A stretch of 64,000 nucleotides of DNA. It comes from Takakia lepidozioides (lineage: Eukaryota > Plantae > Bryophyta). A model generated the notes under the pieces. That model had not been told where the DNA came from. It worked only from the letters and a program-made list of their open reading frames with translations, and ran no database searches. Shown in pieces: positions 37,901 to 49,482 of the stretch. How positions within the stretch are numbered: the first letter of the stretch is position 1; each line of letters starts with the position of its first letter. The position numbers were made by a program, and so were the translations under genes. The stretch is from NCBI GenBank assembly GCA_030704615.1, contig CM060731.1, forward strand, positions 68,944,001 through 69,008,000. Direction: 5' to 3'.

Positions 37901-40900
37901 ATGGAAGAGAGAGACGCTCACAGTTTGCTGGACATTCAAAGCTGGGAATGTGTGAATGAGTACAAACTAATGGCCTTAGCAGAGGAAAGCATAGCCTCCT
38001 CCACTTGCGCAGAATCAATCTCCAGCTCCGTCAGACCAGGTAAGTACATGAATTTCAATCAAAGCATCCCAATGAAACGATGTTAAATTGTTTGTCTCAT
38101 ATTTTGCCCCGCTTGAGATTGCAGCATCGAAGTTCTCCAGTCATAAATTATGTTGGGTCCCGTGTAAGTCTTGCAGGAAGTAAGGTATCAAAGACCTATA
38201 AGCCCTTGCAATGCATGGCAGCCCGTGAGGAGTTGCGAAAGCAACGGAGAAAGGAGCTCCAGATCCGATATGAGAATGCCCGCAAGCAGAAAGCGGTTCT
38301 CTCTCTCTCTCTAAAGAGCCTAATTACTTGTTTCCGCCCCTTTATTATCATTCTTTCTCGGGCTCTCTTCTCGAGGCATTGGGATGATTCGGGGTGAGCT
38401 CATACAGCCTGAGGAGAGACTGGCAGATGGGATAAAGTGCAGCGTCTAGAACACCTTTGTTCTGCTTGCATTGGGGCGATTCAGGGTGGGCTCCCACAAT
38501 TTACGGATAGAGGCTAAGATGGGAAAACTTGCAACGCGAAGACCGCCTATGCCCAGCATGCACTGGGCCCAACCGTTATATCCCAACTGAAGAACACTTC
38601 TTCTTTTGCTGCCCTCTTTACTATGAGATCCGTGGGAGATTCCACTGTCTATTCCGTGAAACCCAATCTCTCACTGCAGTCTTCCATTATGAGGATCAGA
38701 AATGCTTGGCAGCTTATCTGCACGAAGCTTTGACCCTTAGGCCATCCCTGCTTTTGGGCTGCTTCTGGCTCTGTCTTTCTTTCTTGTTACTCGCTTTCCT
38801 TTTGTCCCATAAGCTCTTTGAGCTTTCTGCGGACGTCATAAAGTTCCATACCATTTCATTTCATTTCTCCCTCTCTCACACCCCTTTCAACCCCTCTCCT
38901 CCGAGCCTATAGTCACAAGGCTTTGGAAGCTATGGTAAACAAAATCTATTTAGCGCATCTCTTCCCGTCCCAAACCACTTCCAGCTACGATGTACACTGT
39001 GCTTGATAGATGTCGGACTTTGTGTCTTAATTTTGTGAAGGGTGGGGCCTATGTGCAGTACATCATATGTTAGAGCAGACGCAACATCACAACAGGCATA
39101 AAACTCTGGGGGTGTGAAAAAGTAGGAGGAGATGCACAAAAAAGAGGAGATGAAAGAGAAGCTTGAAAATCTGCAGAGAAAAGCATGGGCTGAACAGAGG
39201 CAAGCAGAAAATCGAATGAAACTTGAGGTATGACATCAGAAAGATGGAAGACGAAGGGCACAGACCACCAGTCACCCGCAGTCCTTTAAGAACATGTTAT
39301 CTCTAGATTGTATCCTGATTCTCTCATCTACACACTACCCAACTGGGGATCTGGATTGCCAATCTGATTGCCCGGGAAATGGCACAGAACACCTCTGTCT
39401 TAACTATCCACACCCAAAAAAACCTCTCTCTTGTACTGCACTATTTGGGCTTTTGAAATGATGAAGACCCCTTTTTTTGTCTCTCTCTCTTTCTCTCATT
39501 TTCTTCAGGATGTTTAACTTTCCTTCTCTTTCCTTTGAAGGCTCCCATTGCCGACTCTGAGGCTATTTTTAATCCTTGAAACAGAGGGAGAGGTTAGCGC
39601 AGAAACGGCGAGAGCTGTTCATTCAACAGCAAGAGCTTGCATGCCTGCACAGCTTGAGGAGGATTTTGCTGCACTTTGGATGGTTACCCTGGTCGAGATT
39701 GTTGCTTGCACATAGGTATACATTTTGTTGAGAACTGCTTGCCTGTGCAAACAATGTAGGCCTGGAGCCCCTCCCACCTACTACCCTCCCCCCACCCCAT
39801 CTGTACCCATGCCATATTCCCCCCAATCTGCTGTCTTGCAAGCTGATCTCAGAGATTGAGGCAGCAGAGCTATGGCAATCTCTTTTGAGCTCTGTCTCCT
39901 CCCTTGTTCTTTTCCCTCCTCCACTGAAACTAAATCTAACCCATGTTTTGAATCTTTGTGGCACCATCTAGTACCCACTGTCACATGGAAGTTGATGAGT
40001 TGTAACCTTGCATCCATGTGTTGTATGATACATGCCTGCATGCACCTCTCCAGTTTGGTGTCCTAAAATTTCAGAGAATCAACATGACATTTCGGTAGCC
40101 TTCCACTCAATCTTTTGTACAGAGTCATGTACAGTACATCTCGATCACATACATCTCTCACTCAGCTTCCCCTTTCTTTATAACCTAAAAATTGTACCAA
40201 CGATGTATCTTGCACAGAGCAAGCATAAAAGCTGCGTCAGCTCATTACTGGCGCCAGCTTATGAAGACCGCTCTGAACTCTTTGCACAGTCGTTGCATTC
40301 ATGGAAAGGCAGAATCAAGACAACGAGAACAAAACCTTGTCACCCACTTTCAAGTGAGGTGGAGGCTGCAATCTTGCTGGAAGATGTGGCTGAAGGGGGT
40401 GAAGGAAGATGGCTTTTACAGAGACTCTTTGTTGAGACGAGCTCTGAAGTCATTGAAACAGGTACAATTTTCCAGGGCCGGAAACAGCAATCTATTTGAC
40501 CTCGAAATATGGTGTGTTGATTTTTGGGTTTTAGTGTTGGTTCTTCTCAGCTTGGCATCAAACTCAGCTTTACTGCTATCTCTAGTTTCATTTTTGTGTA
40601 TAGATTCAGATACGGTGTGCAGGTTCAAATCAATCTCTATTTTTTTAGACTCACAAACAGCCAAGCCACTTGGAGAAAGATAGTCCAGACTCTTTGCCCA
40701 ACATAAGCGCTTAGCTCCTGAAAACCATTATCTAGCTCTCCCAGCCCTCCTGTGGTCCCTGTAATGTGTAGAGCAGTATGTAGATGTCACATTTTGGCCT
40801 TTGCCCTTGACATTGTGACTGGCAGAGTAGTCATAATCATGTGTCACATCTGTTTTAGGGGTAGCAGTTGTTGGAGTCCTGGGTATAGTGAGAGCCTTGT

Positions 40901-41797
40901 CTCACAGCTTTCATCAGGCCAGCAGAGATCCCCAACACAATAAACCCCATATTTCTTGGTGGAAGCATCAATTCGGCATAGTACCAAACATCTGTGCATG
41001 ACATCTACACAGCTATCCATAAATTTCCAAGTAAAATTGGAGAAAAATAAAGTGTGGATGGTGAACAGCGTGGGTAATTGTTTGCCACAGGTGTTACAGC
41101 ATTATAGGACGTTAGAGGGTATATGGGACGAGCGAAATCGAATCCGAATATATCTGCACACCTGGTGTGAATGGCAGCAGTTTTTGAGAGATGCAAGGAA
41201 CTCTCGATTCCTGAAGTACTTAGAAGTCGATCAGATCGCATCTCTCCATGCCCGAAGGTATACAAACTTCAAACCTCCCATGCACAATCGGATATGACCC
41301 CCCTCCAGGGATTAGCTGATGGGATACCGGATGACAACACGGCTTTTCAGGATACAATGTTGGATCTGCAGGCTTTCCCGCTTTCCTTGAACATAAAAGA
41401 ATTGAAGAGAGCTATTTTTACTTGAGCGACTAAATGCTCTAACTCGGGGTCTGCTACATCAATCGAACAGCACATTCAAGACCCGAGGCATGGTGGGGAC
41501 TGATTCCTATTTAAAAACTTGTGGAGGGTTTTGGACTAACAAACAAAATTAGCATCAGGTGCAGTCTTATGAGATAAGTTTGCATCAATCTCATGAAGGG
41601 TGTTGTGCAGGGCTACGCATGTTCGCACATTGCGTGCATGGAAAGAGGGGCTTGCAGTAATTCGTTACGAGAAACAGCGAATGCAATACAAGGCAGAGGC
41701 ATGGGTCAAGGTTCATTCATGGCTCGATGAACACCATCAGGTTGGCAAAGATCTTAATGTTCGGTGGTTATTTGACTGTGCATGTTGGGTTCCATAA
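37901..41797 (+). CDS. Coiled-coil protein with Trp-containing Sfi1-like repeats, CCDC191-like (putative centriole/basal-body protein), 7 exons
   Basis: Phase-consistent exons ~37901-38039, 38177-38295, 39126-39227, 39585-39715, 40218-40461, 41091-41257, 41611-41797. A charged coiled coil is followed by A..H....L.....W repeats (LHSLRRILLHFGWLPW, AHYWRQLM, LRAWKEG...KVHSWL). Start and end are uncertain. Confidence 0.6.
38490..38867 (+). mobile_element. 5'-truncated RTEX-like non-LTR retrotransposon in an intron
   Basis: SHNLRIE...W..LQREDRLCPAC...TEEHFFFCCPLYYEIR (C-terminal CCHC-type motif) followed by an (ATTTC)3 tail. Confidence 0.7.
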
Positions 41798-42619
41798 GCA
41801 TATTGGATTTTGCTTGCTGATTCTGTCGAATTTGAAGAGGATTGAGAAACAGAATCATTTGCCCAGCTTCCCGCTCTTTCCTACCGCTCTTTCCAGTGGC
41901 TTGGTGTAATGGCCGAGTCGACTCTTCTACAGCGTCTACAGCACTCAGAAACTGGCAAGCGCAATCCATTATGCTTTGGAGCGGGCCTGCACCTGACATT
42001 ATGGTGGATTCGGAGGCGGCTCGCCCTCCGGGCACCCCGCATCCTCACCCGCCATAATGACAGGTGCGAGGATTGTTCCAATGTACATTCCCTCCCTCCC
42101 AGTTCCCACCTTCACCCGTCTCTCTTCTCTGTTCTTCTCACTTGCACCAACCAATGTTCCTTATAAACAATGTGAGCATGTATCAAGCACGACTCCGAGC
42201 TGATCATCATAACTAAACCGTGTTGGTGGGTTGAGCTGATTTCAGGCAAAACTAGTTTGTGGGCCAGGATGACGTAGCTGTGTTGTGACGAAAACACTAC
42301 GGTACTACATATCATCGCTTTTCGGATATATTATTCCCCACACGTCTCTGACAAGCTCAGCTCATCAGATGGCATGATCCTTGAGAGGCGAGCCGACATC
42401 TTGTGGGAGCGGTACTAGTAAAGTCAGTGAAGCGAAGCATTTCAAGGCTGCCAGGTGTCTTTACTCCAAAACCTAGAGATGATCTGTGAGACTTTTAATA
42501 CTGTGATCAATTCCTCTATGACCAGTAAGCTAGGGCACTAAATCCGGACCTGGGCTCAGTGTTTAGTCCACTTTTAGAAATTTCTTCTGCGCATTGTTTG
42601 GCGCACTAACTTAGTATCC

Positions 42620-44170
42620 AGCACTTCTTGTGTACACAACATCTTTCTTCCAAGACGCTATGCTACAGGATACAAGCCATATAGAGCTTCTTCCCAAACT
42701 AGGGGATATGCAGGTAGCCCATGGCATTCTCACTAAATGCTTTTTGCAGCGACCTTCTTATCTTTTGCGTTATTCCCCCCCACTCCACAGTTTGTGGAGC
42801 TTCTGTATTCTTTTGATACGACTGTTAGAGGGATTTTTGGTCGTCTACTAGGCCCAGGTGCATTTGATAGTGAGCAGGGGCCTTGGCGTGTCGTCAGGCT
42901 CCCCTCCCGATCTCTTCTGGAGGAGTGAGTTTACTATCCACAGTCGTTACTGCCCATGCTGCCTTCCTAGGTAGTTGGGCTTTAGTCGCTCCAGCCTTGG
43001 TATCTCGGTTTTTGTGTCAGCAACGCCCTTTTCTCATGGAGGTGGTTGCCTATATCGACGGTGGCTCTTCGTCTTTCCAGTAACATCTTCGTTCAACGCG
43101 GGATCTCATCCCAATACCAGCACGGGCTTGTCTACCACCCTTTGAACAGTTGGTCACTCAAGGTCTGGAGCATTTACAGGATACCATCATGGAACGCGTG
43201 CACCGACAGTCATTTGCCAGCATGCTTTCCGACGCTCCTTCAGATACACATCGGGCCAGACTTCTCTCGTGCGCAGGGCCCAAAGCAAGCGCGTGGCTCA
43301 CGGTACGACCAACCATTGCACCCTTCCGTATGTCTTCTGCTGTATTTACCACCTCCCTACGAGTTCAACTGGGTCTTCTGGATCCCTCTGTGTTAGGACT
43401 ACAAGAGTGTGTTTGTCGCCATCCTCTCGATTCACTTGGAGTACATATTCTTCGTTGCCCCTGCGGTGGAGAATGCACTGCGACCCATGACGTCGTCTAG
43501 GATGCAGCAGCTGCGGTTGCTCGTGATGCTAGGATACATATCATTCAAGAGCAGGTGCACATATTCCAATCGACCCACGATCACCATTCCACTCGACAAC
43601 GGGTTGACATTGTTCTCTCACAGGACGGACTGCGTACATTGGCGGACGTTGTCATCGCTGATCCTACTAGGTCGGATCTCCTGCCCCGCACAGCCTCATC
43701 ACAAGGAGTTGTCGCTTCAGTAGCTGCGTAGGGAAAGGAGCGTGAGTATCGGGCACGTCATTCCACAGACACATTCCTTCCTATGGCAGTCGAGATCTTT
43801 GGTTGTTTGATCATCAGTTTAACGAGTTCCTTCGCACATGTGCCCATCGTGCAGCGGAAAACAAAAGCCTTGGAATCCCATACGCCTCTATTCTTGTAGC
43901 TTTCTTTAGACAACAAGTTTGTGTTGCTTTGCAAAAGGCTCAAGCTCAATCTATTTTACGTCGGGCAAAGGTTGCTGGGGCGGCTTCATCTCGCCTCCCC
44001 ACACTCTCTGATCCACCCTCTTTCCGTCTGACCTTCTTCGGGCTGTAGGTGATACTAGAATAGTTTGATTTCTTTCTTTGTGTTAATGTATCTAGCTCTA
44101 CGAGCTTTGGTTGTTTCTTCTTGGGGACAGCTACACCCATTTGTACATTCACCCCACTTGGGTCTTTTTA
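42620..44170 (+). mobile_element. CRE-clade-like non-LTR retrotransposon (restriction-like endonuclease), 5'-truncated, degenerate
   Basis: LPISSGGV...AAFLGSW, RARLLSCAGPKASAWL, CVCRHPLDSLGVHILRC...THD zinc motif, RVDIV...LADVVIADP, KEREY...FLPMAVEIFG, RQQVCVALQKAQA. Several stops and frameshifts. Confidence 0.8.
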
Positions 44171-45711
44171 TAAAGTTATGTAGGATATGCAGTTGATCTG
44201 ATCTTAGAAGTAGGTATCAATCCATTGTTGTGCCCACAAATCAGAAGTGGGTTATGAGTGCAGCTAGCCAAGTTAGGAACTGTATTTCACTTTATACCAG
44301 TAATCGCTGGCTGTAAATGAGTCCACTTATATAGATAGCTCTTCTCCCCGGCAGCACCCCATTGAGGACAAAACTAATAAGGACAAAAAGGCCAGCCCAA
44401 CAATTGTGGCTTGCAAGCAAAGCCAAGATGCAGACTCCAGAGCTTCAGACCTCCCACGTTCACAGCCTGGCAATCATTCTTCCTTAGTTTTATATTCTGG
44501 TCAAATTTGATAAAACTGTGGCACATCAGAGTCAATTTGTCCAACTTCTATGATTGGAATAGAGTGGGATGGTGATCCCGCTGATTGAACAAAATGGACT
44601 TTTTAGTCCTGTAAAGACGTAAAGACTGGAGACCCATCCGAATCTTTCTTTCTTTTTTCTTGTGTCCAGGCAGACTGGAGAAGAGATACTTTCTAAAGGA
44701 TCTGGGTTTGTTTCTGTTTTGAGTTAGATATTAACTATTAACACGCATGAGAGGTAAAGATAACTTGTTTTTTTACTCTCCAGAGAATGTGGGAAGTATT
44801 AATAAGTGTAATGTCACCCTGAGCCTTATTTAGCATCAGTTATTACTTCAGTTAGTAGACTAGTACATGGTGATTATAGTTTGTCATACAAGGCAGTATC
44901 ATCAATCTGATGTGCAGCTGCTCATCTCACTTGTTGCAGTGAGTGAGTGAATGAGTGAGTAATGTCACCGTGACACACCAATCAACAACACTGTACAAAA
45001 CCCACAAAGACTTAAGGGTCCTTCGAAATTAGCCAAAACAAAAACGTGGGAAAACCTTCTTATAGGTAATTTTCAAAACAATGCAATCACAGTGCATTTT
45101 ACTATAGTTGAAAATCTTGTTCCCGTTAGGTGGGTCTGGCATTCATTAGATGGAAGAAAAGAGATGGATGGGTGGGATGATCATTGCATGAGAGTGTAGC
45201 GAACACGATGGAGCAAGCTCACATGGAAAAGCTTGCCCTCAATTTTTCATACCTGTCAAGCCCTTCAGTTTGGGGGTTATCATCAATGCGCTGCATCAAC
45301 GGAAAGAAACCATGGTGAAAAGCAAGGCTGCAAGATTGGGTGACAGTTGGGAGGAGAGGCCAGGTGGGCAGGCCAACAAAAGAAGCTTTGCGCCGACCCT
45401 GTAGAAATGGGCATCAACAAAGGCCGGCCCAGCTGTCGCCACAACGGCCAGGGAGACGGTCCAGTCTTGGAGCTACTCGGTAACTCCTACTTCGCAGAAA
45501 CTTACTAACTGCCCACCTCACTGTGCCTTGTGTGCATGTTGAAGAGATCCGGCTCCCCTAGGCGGACGCGGTTGTCTCTCCACAAGTCTCTTCTAAGTTC
45601 TCTCCCCTCTTGCATTTGATCCACTGCCTATTTGCAGCTTGAACCTCCTTCACGTATCTTGTGTCTGTAGTTTACCGTGTGTGAGAGAGCGCCTGGTTTT
45701 CAGTTGAGGGG

Positions 45712-45859
45712 AGACTGCAGACCTCCTTAGTGGGCTTCTGGTCTTGTGGGTGAACTTTGCTCTAGCGGAGCATTGGTGTCGAGAGCAGACTGCAGACCTC
45801 CTTAGTGGGCTTCTGGTATTGTGGGTGAACTTTTATCTAGCAGAGCATTGGTGTCGAGA
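45712..45859. repeat. 75-bp tandem duplication just upstream of the peptide ATG
   Basis: AGACTGCAGACCTCCTTAGTGGGCTTCTGG...GAGCATTGGTGTCGAGAG at 45712 and 45787. Confidence 0.9.
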
Positions 45860-45881
45860 GGATCTCATTTCAGATTCAACC

Positions 45882-46148
45882 ATGGCAGGGACCTCGTCAA
45901 GTCTGCGCCACTTGCTAGTATCTGTACTGCTCGTGACTGTGTTGATTGCCGCATGCTTGCCTCAATCTGCGGAGGCAATCCGCCCAGGTCTCGTGGCCTT
46001 GGGGAGAAACGGGAAGGCATTGACTTCCTGGGATATGGAGGATCTCTCCTTGGAGCAGCAAGAACGAGTCGCAAGCCTGGGCCTGAAGATGGATGTCGTG
46101 ACTCGCCATCTCTTACAGCAAGACCCCTACAGCACCTCCACTCCTTGA
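45882..46148 (+). CDS. Putative small secreted peptide precursor (88 aa)
   Basis: ATG in AACCATGG context. Signal peptide LLVSVLLVTVLIAACLPQSAEA|IRP, acidic prodomain, RHLL motif, then C-terminal QQDPYSTSTP*. Confidence 0.7.
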   Translation: MAGTSSSLRHLLVSVLLVTVLIAACLPQSAEAIRPGLVALGRNGKALTSWDMEDLSLEQQERVASLGLKMDVVTRHLLQQDPYSTSTP

Positions 46149-49100
46149 AGAAGCGCTATCATCAAACAGTTCAATATCGTACGTTGGGGTCTGATGATCT
46201 GGCCGCAGACAAGGACCAGATAGGAATATCAATGGAAAGTCTCGATGCCCGCGTCACGGAATTTACGACGGGGGCTCTCCTGCTTCCTTCGCATCGATCG
46301 ATTTACCGAGGGACAAGAAAAGTCTGACCCAAATTTTCTACACCCTTTTGTTAGTTCTTGGAGTATTAAGAATTCTTTCAAGGGTTCGAGCAACCCCGCC
46401 CTTCCAGGGGCACGTACAGACACAATTACTTCTCAACTCGGCCACACATAGAAGACACTAGCAGCAGCAGAACAGCACAAGCCCCTCATGAGACAAACTT
46501 GGGCTATTGCATCATTTGTTTCCGAAATGGAAAGGGACATGATTATGCTCTGGACCTACACTCTCTTCTTCGCTGCTTCATGAATAAAGGAGAAAACATT
46601 TAATTTGGATTCTTTGCTCCATTTTCTGGTCATGGATTTCTTCTTGTCACAGAAAGCATCTGAGGGGTGATGCCAGTAGACATGCGTGCTTGAGGAGAGT
46701 TTGAAGTTTTGGGCATTCTTCCTGACACACACTGATCTATCAATACTGGTCTGGTGTTAAAAAAAAACTCGCTACATATATCTACATTGTGATATTTATG
46801 TCCCATCAACAAATCTCCTTGTCCTCCACCAGAAGTCCGGTTTTGATTGAAGAGAGGGAGACAGCTTCAATCTGTGTCTCTAAGAGACTTGGTCTGAGGG
46901 AGTGAACCGCAGTGGTGTTGGATCATCAAGTCTCTATATTCAGATCTATCCAATTCTCTGCATATGTAGCTGAACTGAACATGTACAGCTTATACTATCT
47001 TTTCTTCTCCACACATACATAACTTCTTGGAAGCCTTAATGGAGATGACCCTAACATGGGAGAAGTTATCAGGAGTCCCATGGTTGAAAATAGAATCTAG
47101 AAACCTGCTTGTATTGGAAGAATTCATCTCTGTTCTGAGCTTGAGCAAAGAATGGCAACGTCCCGGAAGTAATCAGTTTAGTTCAAATGTTCAAAGTTCA
47201 AACCCATGCCTTGACTAGGCCTTGCCCACACAGCCAGCATACTCAGATGATCAGACAAGGTGGTATCATCAATACAACATGAAAATTCTTCCGTCACCTC
47301 TTAAATAAATTTATTTTAAATTTATTAAATTAAAAGTTTTGAAAAAGAACCATTACCACATGCCCATGAGAATGGGCTTTTTGTTGTAAAGGGAGGGAGG
47401 CTTGTGGAGCTGGGATTCCTTCTCACCTTACTTTTCGACATGGATGAATGGAGGAGGGGTGCGCTCCGGATGATTTAAGGGATGGACGAAGCCAGGATGA
47501 AGTCTGGATGAACTTACACCATGCGCATGAGGATGAGCTGGCAATAGCTGATGGCTTTATTCTTATTCTAACAGCTAGTTTAGGATTAGATTAGGATGGG
47601 ACTAGGTGATCTGGCTTCGTTCTTATGGCTGTGCTGAAAGGGCATCTGGTGGACCTATGTGTAAGTGCCACGCGGCACTAGGATTAGATTATGACCTAAT
47701 ACTATTTAAACCTCGCTGCCGTGGCAGTGAGGGTGGTGGCTTTTTGGGTCTTAAGCAAGCATACGTTGGGTGTAACAGTGTGCTTGAGTGGTTGGATGAA
47801 AGTGTTTGGAGGTCTGAGTCTGTGGTGTCCTCTTAGTAAGATTCCTTCTCTCTGCTAGGCCCATCTATCGACTACATTCCCCATATAAGGTTAAGTCCGG
47901 TAGAGGAAGGAGAACAAACCCATAGCGCCGGAATCAGGCTTTAGAGGCCCTAACATGGAACATGGGTTGGAATAATTTTATGAGAAAAAACAAAAAAAAA
48001 GAAGCCCTACAAGTTTGTTGACATCGGGCTCGGGGCAAATAAAGCCAACAACCTATCCTATTTATTGATATAATTATGGTCCCTGATTGCTTTTCTTTTT
48101 TCCCTTTTTGTCTTTTTGCATTTTGTTACTAGGTAGGCCATGGGAGCCCACTAGAATAATTGCTAAATAAGCAAATAATAGATAGCAGGCTCCGCGCTCT
48201 CCTCCGACAGCCCCACCTGTCAAGCCGAGGTGGAGCCTTCTGGAAGGCCGTTCTACCCACACGTGTCAATCTCAGGGAGCCCTACTCTCACCACTACCAT
48301 AAAACAGAAAACCCTAGTCTTATCCTATTCCGAGTCCGCCATTGGCTGCTGAGGCGCACTCAAGTCATTTGTTTGTTTCTGACAATTCCTCAAATTAATT
48401 ATTACTATGGACTGGGGTACTTTTTTATTTTTTTATTTTTTTTAAATAAAAGGGGAGGAAGCCCTTTAAATCATATTAACAAAGGTGTCCTGGAAAAATT
48501 AACCAGGACAGGAGGCCATGAGGCTTACATCTTTTTGAAGGATTGGGTAACACCCTAGGGGTCCTTATTTTGAGATCGGGCTCCGGGCAAACAATCCAAT
48601 ATCTATATATATATATGTGTATATATCATGGCGTGAATAAGAGCCTCTTCCCCTTGTGGGTACTTCCCCCTTTCGGGGGTGGGCTCTACCGGAACTGGGA
48701 AACCATCATACAACCGCACATTCCAAGATTTGTCAGCCAAGCTACAACATTTCCACCCTGTACATGCTAATGGCTACTGACACATGGAAATGGAATGATG
48801 TTTGCATGTATGTGGGAAAGGAAATTGGGTTTCATGTACTACTGCCATTGCTCTACACTGGCATTGCTCCGTCGAGAGAGAGATATGACTCCGGCCAAGG
48901 CCGGCGTAACAAAAGAGCCACTTCACCTTGCAGCTAATGCCCCCTTTTGGGGCTGGGCTCTATTTGCTCCGTCGACTGTAATTGCGGCCACATGCAGTAA
49001 ACTGTTGGTAAGCAACCGAAGGAAATGGTCTGTAAACATTTCTGAAAACTTGCAAGATTCAGCTCTATTTTTACTTCTGATCTTTGACCATCAAATCCAA

Positions 49101-49482
49101 CTTGGAAGACAAATAGCAATAAAACTCATGTCTTGACGTGCCAAAGTGCAGATGCACAAAAAATTGTCCCTTCCATGGGCACTGCTATGCCTACTGCTAG
49201 GCCTCTCTTTGGAGCAGAGAAACACTTATATCCTACACATACCAAGACAGGGTTAGTGTCAACTGCTATTGATTAATGTCAAATATGAGAGCTTGGGAGT
49301 CATTGAACCTTCAACCCGAAAACCTCGGTTTTCCCCATCATGGAGTAAGGCATTGCTGGACCAAGGCTTGAAGGAGCCTTTCCTGTATTTTGTTCCTCGG
49401 AAGGGACATTTCAAAGAAGGATTGTACAACATTCCAAAAATGGAGTGAATCCTTTTGAATGCAGACAGCTGTACCCAAATCT

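Noticed and set aside
45744-45881. N-terminal extension of the peptide ORF with a 25-aa repeat
   Set aside because: It results from the 75-bp tandem duplication and a non-ATG start. The ATG at 45882 has good context and directly precedes the signal peptide.
48418-48600. Possible LINE 3' ends after T-rich runs (also ~31110-31330 and ~56071-56340)
   Set aside because: Suggestive composition only; no coding motif or TSD could be established by eye.
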